In this document: positions 47,427-58,400 of the stretch, in pieces
Layout of the letters: each line of letters starts with the position of its first letter
How positions within the stretch are numbered: the first letter of the stretch is position 1
Source of the DNA: a virus
Length of the DNA stretch: 64,000 nt
IMG/VR virus record: IMGVR_UViG_3300033074_002003
Strand: one strand, 5' to 3'
Made by a program: the position numbers and the translations under genes
Notes under the pieces: model-generated
What the model was told of the DNA's origin: nothing
Database searches by the model: none
The model's input: only the letters and a program-made list of their open reading frames with translations

Positions 47427-48674
47427 GTGCGCTTCCTGATTGATTCGCGGTCGCTCGGAACCGCGAAGACGCTGTTGTGTGACGGCGGCAAGCTATCGTG
47501 GGTGGGTTCTGACGAGCCCTCTGACGGCCTGCTTCGCTGGAGGTCGACGGCCGATACTTCTACACGTGATGACCTGAGAACAGCGATGTTACTCTCGGGC
47601 CACGATGTTCCCTGGCAGTTTGACAAGAAGTACATCAACGCGCTGCGCATCACGCTGCCAGACTACGAGTCGCACGACATTCCGTGGCACCTCATCGCCC
47701 CCGCACACGTGATGTCTGCGACGATAAAGTCCATCGTGTCGGGCGTGAAGTCCTGTTGGACTGACATCGATACGACGTTCTACAACAACGTGTTCTCGAC
47801 TCAGACGTCCATGTTCGAGTCGCTTGTGGGACCGACAATCTCGCGCAAGCGCATCGAGAAGTACCTCAAAGAGGACAAGAACCGCTCTACATTCCTTTCT
47901 GGATTCCTGCCCGACGAGGGCGATACGCTTCCGAAGATCACATATCACCGCGTGAAGACCGATAGTCACGGCGGCACAGTGACCGGTCGACTCACTACAG
48001 CGACCGGACCTGACTTCCTGACACTAAACAGGGAATACAGGAATATTCTGAAGTCACGATGGGATAGAGGTACTGTCTGGTACCTCGATTATTCTTCGCT
48101 AGAACCGCGCACGTTCCAAGCTCACATCGGGAGGAAGCTTCCCGAGAACTTTTACTCTGACCTCGCGGAGAATACTCTCGGCGATCGCGGTAGGGTCGCG
48201 GACGCGAAGGCGATGTTTCTCAGAAGATTTTACGGGTCTGGCATCGATTCTCTCCTCGAGCTCGGCGTATCGAGCAGGGAACAGGTCACGAAGTTCGTGA
48301 AGCACGTAGACGAAGACTTTGGCGTCCGTGAGATGTCAAACAGGCTCGTGCGCGAGTTCTCTGAGACTGGGAAAATCAGGAACAGGTACGGACGCGCGGT
48401 GCTGGTCGAGAGGGGCGCGCCACCGCACCTACTGTTCAACAACTGGGTGCAGTCATCGGCGGTTGACGCGGCACTGCTAGGATTCTCGGCGATCACATCA
48501 GCTGTCAAAAGGTCAAACCTCGAGATCGAGCCGCTGTGCGTCATTCACGACGCAATTGTGATAGATGTACACCCCAGATGTCAGAAGTACGTTGAAGTTC
48601 TGAAAAGTGTTGGTGCGCGCATCCCGGGGTTCGAGAACTTTGAATTTGAGATGCACGCGGAAAGAATAACATGA
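47427..48674 (+). CDS. Family A DNA polymerase, polymerase (palm/fingers) domain only. No 3'-5' exonuclease domain is present in this ORF.
   Basis: Motif A is LDYSSLEPR (compare DYSQIELR). A motif B-like element is ADAKAMFLRRFYG (compare RRxAKxxNFGxxYG). Motif C is CVIHDAIVIDV (compare VHDE). Confidence 0.7.
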   Translation: MRFLIDSRSLGTAKTLLCDGGKLSWVGSDEPSDGLLRWRSTADTSTRDDLRTAMLLSGHDVPWQFDKKYINALRITLPDYESHDIPWHLIAPAHVMSATIKSIVSGVKSCWTDIDTTFYNNVFSTQTSMFESLVGPTISRKRIEKYLKEDKNRSTFLSGFLPDEGDTLPKITYHRVKTDSHGGTVTGRLTTATGPDFLTLNREYRNILKSRWDRGTVWYLDYSSLEPRTFQAHIGRKLPENFYSDLAENTLGDRGRVADAKAMFLRRFYGSGIDSLLELGVSSREQVTKFVKHVDEDFGVREMSNRLVREFSETGKIRNRYGRAVLVERGAPPHLLFNNWVQSSAVDAALLGFSAITSAVKRSNLEIEPLCVIHDAIVIDVHPRCQKYVEVLKSVGARIPGFENFEFEMHAERIT

Positions 48675-49285
48675 CAGAAGAGAACGACGATCTCACGAAG
48701 ATCGTGAAGAATTACGAGAAGTTTGTGGCATTTTGTTCGAAGCTCGGCGATCGAACCGCGAGCGTACAGGCTCTCATCGATCACCTCGGCGATCGGCTCG
48801 TTACGTGTCCCGCGTCTTCTCGTGTTGCATTTCACAATGCGTGGCCCGGTGGTCTCGTCGATCACTCGCTGCGTGTCTTGACGCTCGCTGTGAAGCTTAC
48901 GAAGACGTACGAGATGAGCTTCCCGCTGGAGTCGATCATCATCTCTGCACTGTTCCACGACATCGGAAAGGTGGGAGGTCTCACAGAAGATCACTACATC
49001 CCTGCTGATGACTGGCAACAGAAGCGCGGGCAGAAGTACACGTACAACCCAAAGTTGCAGTTCATGTCATCGGCACACCGGGGACTGTACCTGCTCCAAC
49101 ACTTCGGAGTTTCACTTAGTGAGGAAGAGTTCCTCGCGATCTTGCTGAACGATGGCCCTGAGGCGAGCGAAAACGCGCTCTACAGTATGAAAGAGCCAAC
49201 CCTTGCAGTGATCATCCACCAGGCAGACAGGATGGCCTGTGAGCTCGAAAAGAAGATGCAAGAAAGTGGAAAAAGTCAGGGCTAG
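48671..49285 (+). CDS. HD-domain phosphohydrolase.
   Basis: FHNAWPGGLVDHSLRV...SALFHDIGK gives the H...HD metal-binding motifs. Confidence 0.65.
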   Translation: MTEENDDLTKIVKNYEKFVAFCSKLGDRTASVQALIDHLGDRLVTCPASSRVAFHNAWPGGLVDHSLRVLTLAVKLTKTYEMSFPLESIIISALFHDIGKVGGLTEDHYIPADDWQQKRGQKYTYNPKLQFMSSAHRGLYLLQHFGVSLSEEEFLAILLNDGPEASENALYSMKEPTLAVIIHQADRMACELEKKMQESGKSQG

Positions 49286-49546
49286 TCTTGGCGTGAACCA
49301 TATTTATTCATCGTGGAGTCATTGCTCCGTGAATATGTACGAAGCGTAGTTTCTGAGCTAGAATCTAGCGAGGAGCACGAAACAGATGATGTCGATGAGA
49401 TGTCGTCTGCTGGTGCAGCTATCGGTACAATGGCACCACCTACAAGAACAACCAAGAAGCACGTCAAGAAGTAACAACACAAGTTCTGTACACTCGTCAC
49501 ATCAACGTAGAATCATTCAACAACAAGCAACACGGAGACATCTAAC

Positions 49547-50530
49547 ATGGTAGACATCGAAGCAATCAAGCGTAAGTTGGCACAGCTGAACGGTGAGAAG
49601 GGTACGAGCGAGTTCGGAAAGACGTGGTGGAGGCCCAAGGGAATTGGGACGCACAACATCCGGATCGTGCCCTGGCAGGACAACAAGGGCCAGCCGTTCA
49701 AGGAGATGTGGTACTACAAGAACATCGGCGTGAAGGACGCGCGTGGCTACGGCCCGTTCCCTACGCCCACCCGCGAGCAGTTCAAGCTCAAGGACCCGAT
49801 TCAGGAGCTGATCAATCACCTGCGTGCGGATGAGGACGGCGCGACGGCAAACAAGGCGTTGCTGAAGAAGCTCTACCCGAAGATGTCGGCTATCGTTCCC
49901 ATCATTGTCAGGGGCGAGGAGGAGCTCGGCGTGAGGCTCTGGGCGATTCAGGACCTCAAGGGAGTGTATCAGAACCTCCTTTCGTACTTCGTCAAGGATT
50001 CAGTCCTCGAGGAGACGCACGATTACACTGACGTGAAGAAGGGCTTCGATATCGAGGTTACGATCTTCAAGTCTGATCGAGTGTGGAACGGTAAGCCCGT
50101 AAACGAAATGAAGGTCGAGCTCGGTAGGAAGCTCTGCCCGCTCTCGAAGGATGAGAAGCAGATCGAGAAGTGGATCTCGTCGATCCCCGATCTTTCGAGC
50201 ATCGAACCAGTGCTCGAGTACGATCAGTTGAAGAAGCGCCTCGATGACTGGATGAACTCTAGTGACGACGACGCGAAGGCATCTGCTGATTCGACCGAGG
50301 AGCGCGGGAGCACTTCGGGTGCAGATGACCTCGATGCTCTCACTGAGTCTCTTGGCGCGACGGACGATTCTTCAGCTGAGAAGAAGTCGAAGAAGCCCGT
50401 AGAGAAGGCGGCGGCAGCCGAAGAGGAGAAGCCGGCTCCGAAGCCCGCAAAGCCTGCCGCGAAAAAGAAGTCTGATGAGGTCGAGAAGGGCCTCGATCAG
50501 ATGTTTGAAGACCTCGAGAACGGCAACTGA
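49547..50530 (+). CDS. T4 gp32-like single-stranded DNA-binding protein.
   Basis: AQLNGEKGTSE...HNIRIVPWQDNKGQPF aligns with T4 gp32 AKLNGNKGFSS...AVIRFLPSKNDEQAPF. The C-terminal tail is acidic. Confidence 0.75.
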   Translation: MVDIEAIKRKLAQLNGEKGTSEFGKTWWRPKGIGTHNIRIVPWQDNKGQPFKEMWYYKNIGVKDARGYGPFPTPTREQFKLKDPIQELINHLRADEDGATANKALLKKLYPKMSAIVPIIVRGEEELGVRLWAIQDLKGVYQNLLSYFVKDSVLEETHDYTDVKKGFDIEVTIFKSDRVWNGKPVNEMKVELGRKLCPLSKDEKQIEKWISSIPDLSSIEPVLEYDQLKKRLDDWMNSSDDDAKASADSTEERGSTSGADDLDALTESLGATDDSSAEKKSKKPVEKAAAAEEEKPAPKPAKPAAKKKSDEVEKGLDQMFEDLENGN

Positions 50531-50550
50531 AACCAACACCGGAGAAATGA

Positions 50551-51744
50551 ATGGCTGCTCGAAAGAAAAACGAGGGGTCATCGCCTGTCGCCACCGCAAC
50601 CGCGGTGGCGACCGCGTATGACGACTTTGCTGACGAACTCATCGTGTCTCTCAACAAAGAGCACGGTTCTCGAATCGCGTACAATCTAGGTACAGACACC
50701 TCTCCTACACACGTGAAGAGGTGGATCTCGACGGGTTCAGTCTTCCTAGACTACATCATCTCTAACAGGAAGGGTGGAGGCATTCCCGAGGGACGAATCA
50801 TCGAGATTTACGGCCCGCCCTCGACTGGAAAGTCGCACATCGCGACACAGATCGCTCGCTCGACGCAACAGCTCGGTGGCATCGTTGTGTACATCGACAC
50901 AGAGACAGCGACATCACCCGAGAACCTCGGGATGCTCGGCGTCGACGTCTCCAAGAGGTTCATCTACGTTGACGAACACTGCACAGAAGAGGTGTTCAAG
51001 GTCATCGAGTCGACGATCCTGAAGGCGAAGGCGCGCATGAAGGATGTGCCCATCACTATCATCTGGGACTCGGTCGCGGCGACGTCACCGAAAGCCGAGC
51101 TGGACGGAGAGTACGACAAGGACACCATCGGTCTCCAGGCACGCGTCATCTCAAAGGGCATGAGAAAAATCACGGGAATCATATCAGAGAATGATGTGAC
51201 GCTCGTGTGTCTCAATCAGACGCGCACGAAGGTCGGCGTGATGTATGGCGATCCCATGACAACACCAGGTGGCATGGCGATTCCATATCACGCGTCGGTA
51301 CGTCTCAAGATTACGGGCGGACAACACGTGAAGAAGAACGACGGGTCGGTCATCGGGATTGACATCAACGTTACAGCAGTGAAGAACAAGGTCGCACCTC
51401 CATTCAGGCAGGCTTCATTTGCGATTCACTTCGGACGCGGAATTGTCGAGCACGAGGCGCTCTTTGACACGCTTCGAGAGTCGTGTGACAAGGAGAAATT
51501 TGTCATCGACGGGAAGCAGATTTCTATCGAAGGCATGGGATCGTGGAAGGCACTTGTGGTAACAGACGTTGCAACCTCCAAAGAGGTCGTCAACAGGAAG
51601 TTCTACAAGGCCGATTTCATTGAGGTCATCAACGAGCCAGAGACAAAGAAGTACGTCGAAGATCTCATCGAAGCAGTCCTCACCAAGAAGCTCGGCGCGA
51701 AAGTAGAGGATGCCAGCGCCAAAGAAGAGGCGGTGACGTCGTGA
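50551..51744 (+). CDS. UvsX/RecA-family recombinase.
   Basis: GGIPEGRIIEIYGPPSTGKSH matches RecA [21 protein letters not shown] (Walker A). The length is about 397 aa. Confidence 0.9.
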   Translation: MAARKKNEGSSPVATATAVATAYDDFADELIVSLNKEHGSRIAYNLGTDTSPTHVKRWISTGSVFLDYIISNRKGGGIPEGRIIEIYGPPSTGKSHIATQIARSTQQLGGIVVYIDTETATSPENLGMLGVDVSKRFIYVDEHCTEEVFKVIESTILKAKARMKDVPITIIWDSVAATSPKAELDGEYDKDTIGLQARVISKGMRKITGIISENDVTLVCLNQTRTKVGVMYGDPMTTPGGMAIPYHASVRLKITGGQHVKKNDGSVIGIDINVTAVKNKVAPPFRQASFAIHFGRGIVEHEALFDTLRESCDKEKFVIDGKQISIEGMGSWKALVVTDVATSKEVVNRKFYKADFIEVINEPETKKYVEDLIEAVLTKKLGAKVEDASAKEEAVTS

Positions 51745-52178
51745 CATTCTATCTCAAGAAGACGCACGAGGCCGCGATCGAACCCACGACGCGCATAGGA
51801 TCCGACGTGGGTCACGATCTCTACACGGTAGAGAGTGTGAAGCTCTACCAGGGCGTCGTCACGAAGGTCAGGACCGGTCTCACACAGGTGAATGCGGAGG
51901 GACACTCACCTTCATTCTTGAAGATAGAAGGCAGGTCTAGCCTCGCAGCCCGCGGGATTTTTCCAGTCGGTGGGATCATAGATCCGAGTTATCGCGGTGA
52001 AATCATCGCGCTGTTCATGAACATGTCCGGCGAGACGGTCGAATTCCCGAAGGGAGTAAAATTCGCGCAGCTCATTCCATATCGCGTCCACGCAGTCGGA
52101 GACGGGATCAAAATTGTGTCTGACGCTCCGACTCCGACTGTTCGCGGCGCGGGAGGATTTGGGTCCACCAATGAGTGA
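51741..52178 (+). CDS. dut: dUTP pyrophosphatase.
   Basis: Motif 2 is GRSSLAARGI, motif 3 is GIIDPSYRGEI and motif 5 is RGAGGFGSTNE. Confidence 0.9.
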   Translation: MTFYLKKTHEAAIEPTTRIGSDVGHDLYTVESVKLYQGVVTKVRTGLTQVNAEGHSPSFLKIEGRSSLAARGIFPVGGIIDPSYRGEIIALFMNMSGETVEFPKGVKFAQLIPYRVHAVGDGIKIVSDAPTPTVRGAGGFGSTNE

Positions 52179-52500
52179 AGAGAAGCAAACAGACGAACTC
52201 TTCACGTCCGGTATCGGAGATCCCACTCGTGGGTGGGGTGCGACGCGCGTCGAAGATCTCGTACCACACGAGCACACCGAGCCCGTGACATTTTCAGCTA
52301 GTGCAAAGGAATGCAACACGGCACTCGACTGGTACTCTAGACACTGCGTAGAGAAACACAAGATCGAATTTCCTTACGCTGGTGCTTGTGGCGGAGCTCT
52401 TTCGTGGATCTTTACTTCGACGTCTATCGGACAGTGCGTCGGTGTTGTGTGCGGATTTTGCCAAGAGAAGTTTAACGCGACCGACTATGACGAGTGGTGA
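52171..52500 (+). CDS. Cys-rich hypothetical protein. The start was chosen at the internal Met overlapping the dut stop.
   Basis: An ORF from MSEEKQ... to 52500 containing several Cys pairs. Confidence 0.35.
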   Translation: MSEEKQTDELFTSGIGDPTRGWGATRVEDLVPHEHTEPVTFSASAKECNTALDWYSRHCVEKHKIEFPYAGACGGALSWIFTSTSIGQCVGVVCGFCQEKFNATDYDEW

Positions 52501-52829
52501 TCTACATGGCGTCTTCGAAAAAGCTAGTGCGAGCCGCATTCAGACAGTCTGTTTTCGACCGCGATCGACACAAGTGTAAGATGTGTGGTGCTGTCCCAGA
52601 AGACGGCGACGCCGGCCTCGATGCACATCACATTACAGATCGCAATGAGATGCCGAACGGAGGCTACGTCGCCGCGAACGGTATATCGCTGTGCAGACAG
52701 TGTCACAAAGCCGCAGAGGAGTTTCACTCAACGGGCACCGCCGCCCCGGGCTTCTCTCCGGAAGATCTGTACGCAGCTATCGGTTCCTCACACACAGAGG
52801 CAGTAAGCGAGTCACAGAGACTGCGATAG
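52494..52829 (+). CDS. HNH endonuclease.
   Basis: CKMCGAV...LDAHHI.......NG...N...LCRQCH is a canonical HNH motif. Confidence 0.75.
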   Translation: MVIYMASSKKLVRAAFRQSVFDRDRHKCKMCGAVPEDGDAGLDAHHITDRNEMPNGGYVAANGISLCRQCHKAAEEFHSTGTAAPGFSPEDLYAAIGSSHTEAVSESQRLR

Positions 52830-53034
52830 TTATAGAACCCACATGCAAGGCTCCCGTAGGTTTCGCAAGAAAGTGGCGTCTGCGCGGGGAGCATGTGGTC
52901 CCGATTGTAAGGTATGTAATCCAGACATCGACTGGGAGCGTGTCAAGCACAGTGACGCTAAACGTCTACTTTCTGCCCGCGAACAGCTCTGTGAATGTGT
53001 CAGGCACACAGAACCTGAGTAAGATCGCTGTACT

Positions 53035-54045
53035 ATGAAGCAACCGATTCTCATCGTTGATGCGTATAACACATTTACGAGATCGTTTTGTGCATTTCCC
53101 GCGATGGACCCACGTACGGGCGAACACGTTGGAGGTATCGCAGGATTCATAAAGACACTGTCGCGAATCGTCGATGAGATACAACCTTCGCGCGTATTTG
53201 TCATCTGGGAGGGCGGTGGATCTTCGCGTCGCAGATCTCTTTACTCTTCTTACAAAGCCAACAGAAAACCCGGAAAACTGAATAGATTCTACGAAGACGA
53301 CCTCCCAGACACGGACGAGAACAAGCTCACGCAGGTGAAGCACCTCGTTCACACGCTCAAGATTTTGCCCGTGTGTCAGCTGTACGTGAGCGACGTTGAA
53401 GCAGATGATGTCATCGCGTACCTCGTGGGTCGCCATTTCAGGGACTACGACAAGGTGATCCTGTCAACAGACAAGGACATGTACCAACTTCTCGACGAGA
53501 AGACGCGCGTCTATGATCTCAACAAGAAAGCGTACGTGACGCACGAGACGGTTCTGAAGGCGTACAACATCCATCCCAGAAATTTTGCCCTTGCGAAGAC
53601 TCTTTGCGGAGACGGTTCAGACAACATCCCGGGAGTCAAAGGATGCGGTTTCAAGACTGTAGCAAAGAGATTTCCGTTCTTGCTTCAGGACAAGGATGTT
53701 CTCCTGCAAGACGTCATAGACTTCGCTTCCACACGTGTCGATGAAGCGGCAGTATATCGCAACACAGCAAGTTCTGCGGCTGACTTGAAAACTTACTGGA
53801 GACTGATTTACCTTGACGGTTCAATGATACCAGCTCAGAGCATTGAGCGCCTCGAAGTTATCATAAATTCGTATGTGCCCGAGCTTGACAAGCTGGAACT
53901 CTTGAAGAGATCTGTGAAGTTTGGAATCGTGAATCACATTGATATCACGGCAGTGACGAATAGCATGAAGTTTCTCTTCTTCGCCCACGAGGCAGAAGAA
54001 GAAGGAACAGACACCGACGAAAAGGAAGAAGAGCCAAATGAGTGA
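53035..54045 (+). CDS. Flap endonuclease / 5'-3' exonuclease (T4 RNase H or T5 D15-like).
   Basis: The N-terminal nuclease motif is ILIVDAYN. The H3TH motif is LCGDGSDNIPGVKG. ILSTDKDMYQL is also present. Confidence 0.9.
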   Translation: MKQPILIVDAYNTFTRSFCAFPAMDPRTGEHVGGIAGFIKTLSRIVDEIQPSRVFVIWEGGGSSRRRSLYSSYKANRKPGKLNRFYEDDLPDTDENKLTQVKHLVHTLKILPVCQLYVSDVEADDVIAYLVGRHFRDYDKVILSTDKDMYQLLDEKTRVYDLNKKAYVTHETVLKAYNIHPRNFALAKTLCGDGSDNIPGVKGCGFKTVAKRFPFLLQDKDVLLQDVIDFASTRVDEAAVYRNTASSAADLKTYWRLIYLDGSMIPAQSIERLEVIINSYVPELDKLELLKRSVKFGIVNHIDITAVTNSMKFLFFAHEAEEEGTDTDEKEEEPNE

Positions 54046-55441
54046 TGAGTCGACGCCAAGCCTAGCGAAGTTCGGTACATCGTTTCAGGAGAAGACAATG
54101 CAGGCTCTTCTCACCGATCGGAGGTGGGCCGAGCAGATGATGGAAGTGTTCGATCCCGAGTACTTCGATCAGAAATACCTTCAGTACCTCTCTGACAAGG
54201 TTTTTGCGTACGCTCGAAAGTATAAGGACTTTCCGACCCTTCAACTGCTCGTCACGATCATCTCCGACGACCTGAGACAGGCGGGCACAGACGCGGCCCT
54301 TCGCGCGCAGATCGTCGATTACCTGAAGAGGATCAGGGCGAAACCCGAACAGAACGACCTCCCGTTCGTAAAAGAGAAGTCGCTCGAGTTCTGCAAGCGC
54401 CAGGCTTTGAAGGCAGCTCTCGAAAAGTCCGTCGATCTCATCAACACCGAGAGGTACGACTCTGTCGTTGAGGTGATCAAGAAAGCCGTGCTTGCGGGTG
54501 CTAGCACGTCAATTGGCCACGATTTTGACGACGATCGTGAAGCGAGATTCATTCGTACTGCTCGCAACCCGCTCTCAACCGGCCTCCCACACCTCGACGC
54601 GAAAGACGTGATGAACGGCGGTCTCGGCGCCGGCGAGCTCGGCGTTGTGATGGCACCGACAGGCATCGGCAAGTCACACTTCCTCACATTCCTCGGCGCA
54701 AACGCGATGAGAGCGAAGAAGTGCGTGCTTCACTACACGTTCGAGCTCTCCGAGACGAATGTCGGTATCAGGTACGACTCGAACCTGTGTGATATCGTGT
54801 CAAACGAGATCATTGACAGCAAAGACGCCGTAGTGAAGCACTACGCCGAAAACAAGTATGGGAAGCTCATCATCAAAGAGTTCCCGATGCACTACGCGAC
54901 CGTGCAGACGCTTAGGGCACACTACGAGAAGGTGCTGATCACGAAGGGCGTCACGCCTGACCTCATCATCATAGACTACGCTGACATCATGAGGTCCTCG
55001 CGGAAGTACGATGACCTTCGTCACGAGCTGAAACTGATCTACGAAGAGTTGCGTTCATGGGCGTCAGAGATCAAAATCCCGATCTGGACTGCCTCACAGA
55101 CGAACAGAGCGGCGACAGAGAGTGACGTTATCGGCCTCGAATCGATCAGCGAGGCATACGGCAAGGCGATGACATCCGATGTAATCATCTCTCTCTCAAG
55201 GAAGAGAATAGAGAAGGCTGGTGGTTGGGGGCGACTCTTTGTGGCGAAGAACAGAGCAGGTCGCGACGGTCTCCTTTATTCGATCAAGATCGATACCGCG
55301 AAGTCAAACTTCTCGATCGCTGCTGAGGAATCGCAGGAAAGAGTGACAGTCGAGGAGGAGAACGAAATTAAGCGCGCCATCCGTGACAAGATGAAGGAGC
55401 TCGAGGCAAAAGGCGAGCTCAAGGGCCCAGACGACGCGTGA
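54038..55441 (+). CDS. DnaB-like (SF4) replicative DNA helicase.
   Basis: Walker A is GELGVVMAPTGIGKSH. A Walker B / H2-like element is DLIIIDYADIM. A C-terminal RecA-like fold is present. Confidence 0.85.
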   Translation: MSDESTPSLAKFGTSFQEKTMQALLTDRRWAEQMMEVFDPEYFDQKYLQYLSDKVFAYARKYKDFPTLQLLVTIISDDLRQAGTDAALRAQIVDYLKRIRAKPEQNDLPFVKEKSLEFCKRQALKAALEKSVDLINTERYDSVVEVIKKAVLAGASTSIGHDFDDDREARFIRTARNPLSTGLPHLDAKDVMNGGLGAGELGVVMAPTGIGKSHFLTFLGANAMRAKKCVLHYTFELSETNVGIRYDSNLCDIVSNEIIDSKDAVVKHYAENKYGKLIIKEFPMHYATVQTLRAHYEKVLITKGVTPDLIIIDYADIMRSSRKYDDLRHELKLIYEELRSWASEIKIPIWTASQTNRAATESDVIGLESISEAYGKAMTSDVIISLSRKRIEKAGGWGRLFVAKNRAGRDGLLYSIKIDTAKSNFSIAAEESQERVTVEEENEIKRAIRDKMKELEAKGELKGPDDA

Positions 55442-55490
55442 GAAAATAGCTCGTCGTGTGCTGTACAGATAGTTAGAATCCCGCAAAATC

Positions 55491-58400
55491 ATGACACAAG
55501 CACAGCAATCACAGGCAAAGAGTTTCAGCAGTGACGAAGTTGTAGAGAGAACGGCAGAGTATTTCGGCGGCGATAAGATGGCAGGAGCTGTATTCTTGAA
55601 GTACGCTCTGCCTGCAGATGACGGCGGTTTCTTGGAACTGTCGCCGCCTGACATGCACGCTAGACTCGCTAGAGAATTGGCTCGGATAGAGAACAGATAC
55701 TCTAACCCAATGTCCGAGGAAGAAATTCTAGGGTTGCTCAGCAGGCCCTCGCACAGGAAGCTGGGCATGGGTCCCATCATCCCGCAGGGCTCGCCGATGG
55801 CGGGCATCGGAAATACGAAGCAGTTCCAGAGCATCTCAAATTGCTTCGTGATCGACTCTCCTTACGACTCTTTCGGGGGAATCTTCCATACTGACGAGGA
55901 AGAGGCCGAGATCATGAAGAGGCGCGGGGGTGTCGGATTTGACGTCTCGACGCTTCGCCCGAAAGATGTGAAGACCTCGAACGCTGCTGGCACGACAGAC
56001 GGCATCGGTGTGTTCCTCGAGCGCTACAGCGCGACATGTCGCGGCACCGCACAGAACGGACGCCGCGGCGCGCTCATGCTCACGATCTCAATCAGACACC
56101 CCGAGATCGAGACGTTCATCAACATCAAGCGTGACCTGAAGAAGGTGACAGGCGCAAACATCTCAATCCGTGTCACAGACGACTTCATGGTTGCCGTCGA
56201 GAACGATGAATACTTCACGCTGCAGTGGCCGGTAGACGTGCCGCTCTCAGAGGCGAAGATCACTCGAGAAGTCAGAGCTCGTGACATCTGGGACCAGATC
56301 ATCGATGCGGCCTGGAACAGCGCCGAGCCCGGTGTTCTCTTCTGGGATACCGTGAAGAGAAATTCTCCGGCTGACGCATACGCCTCGGTTGGATTTAGTT
56401 CAGTCTCGACAAATCCATGTGTTGTAGGAGACACGTTGATCGCTGTTGCTGACGGTAGAAATGCTGTGTCAATTAGACAATTGGCAGAAGAGGGTCGCGA
56501 CGTACCTGTGTATTCTACTGATATTGCTACAGGAAAGGTTGAGATCAAGTGGGGAAGATCTCCTAGACTGACAAAAGTTCAAGCAGAGGTTTGGAAACTG
56601 ACACTTGATGATGGCACGTGTGTCATTGCGACACCTGATCACAAGATTTTGCTTAGAAATTTGACGTATGTGAATTTGCAGGATCTCAAGTCAGGTGACT
56701 CAATTTTCCCATTTTCGACGTTCGACTCTAATGGATATCGTCAGGTATGCAATACTGGCGTACCCATGACGGGTGGTGCAAGGCGGAACAGACGTCAATA
56801 TCGACTGATTCACGAATTTTTTAACGGGAGCACTGATTCAAAGTTGTTTGCGATTCATCATTGTGATTTTGATTCTAGAAATGACAGAATCGAAAACTTG
56901 AAAGTGATGACGCACGATGAACATCGAGAACTACATTCGCGCCTAATGATTGGTGATAATAATCCGTATCACAGGATGTCATCTGAATGGAAGCTAAAGT
57001 TTGCAAAACATTCTGGCGAATCTAATGGTAGATTTTCGGGCCACACTAACGAGCAGCTTCTAGAAGCTGGGCGTCGTGTATTCGAAGAAAATGGAAAGAT
57101 AACACGAGCTCTTTGGAAAGAATATGCCAAGAAGCACGCGTTCCCGCAATTTCTTGCAAATCAATTTAGATTTGGAAGTTGGCAAAATTTTGCCAACCAA
57201 GTCTCGAGCAATCACAAAGTTGTTTCTGTTGAAAAAATCGGTACAGAAGACGTTTACAACATCACCGTAGATGACAATCACAACTACCACGTCATCACTT
57301 CTTTGGACGAAAATGGTGTTGTCTCTTCTGGTATTTGTGTCAAAAATTGTGGGGAAATTCCTCTTTCGAGTGGGGACTCGTGCCGGCTACTCGTAATCGA
57401 TCTCACACATTTCGTCGTTTCGCCATTTACCCCCGAGGCTCACTTTGATTTCACTGAGTTTGAAAGGGTCGTCGGAAAGGCCCAGCGACTCATGGACGAT
57501 ATCGTTGACCTCGAGGTCGAAGCAGTCGACAGGATCATCGAGAAGATCGAGTCAGATCCAGAACCCGAGTACATCAAGGCACGCGAGCTCTCACTCTGGC
57601 GTCGAATCAGGGACACTGGGTTGAGAGGACGCAGGACCGGATTCGGTGTCACCGCGCTGGGCGACGCCCTCGCTCTTCTTGACCTGAAGTACGGACAGTT
57701 CGATGCGATCTCGATGACCGATCGAATCTATCGTAGCTTGGCACTGGGCGCCTACAGGTCGAGCGTCGACCTCGCGGAAGAGCGGGGCGCGTTCCCGGCA
57801 TACGATCCGAAGCTCGAGGCCGGTCACCCGTTCTTGAGTCGCATCCGCGCCGAAGATCCAGCTCTCGCAGAGAAGATGGATCGCGTCGGGCGTCGAAACA
57901 TCGCGCTCACGACAACTGCGCCGGTCGGTTCTACCTCGATGCTCACGCAGACTACAAGCGGTATCGAGCCGCTGTTCAAGCCGTTCTACGTCCGGAAAAA
58001 GAAGGTCAGCGGCGCGACGGAACCGAACGCAGAGCTGATCGTCGACGAGATGGGCGATAGGTGGCAGAAGTTCAACGTCTACCATCACTACCTCAAAGAG
58101 TGGATGGACATCACTGGGAACTCTAACATTGACGAGTCTCCGTATGCAGGTGCCTCGGCAAACGAAATCGACTGGCTTGGGTCTGTCGCGATGCAGGCCG
58201 CTGCACAGAAGTGGGTGTGTCACAGCATCTCAAAGACGTGCAACCTGCCGAAAGACGTGAGCCATGATGTTGTGTCTGACGTCTACATGAATGCGTGGAA
58301 GACGGGTTGCAAGGGCTTCACGATCTACAGGGACGAATCTAGAGACGGCGTGCTCGTGTCTGAGGACGCTGTGATGTTCGACGTGAAGAAGCGCACAGAT

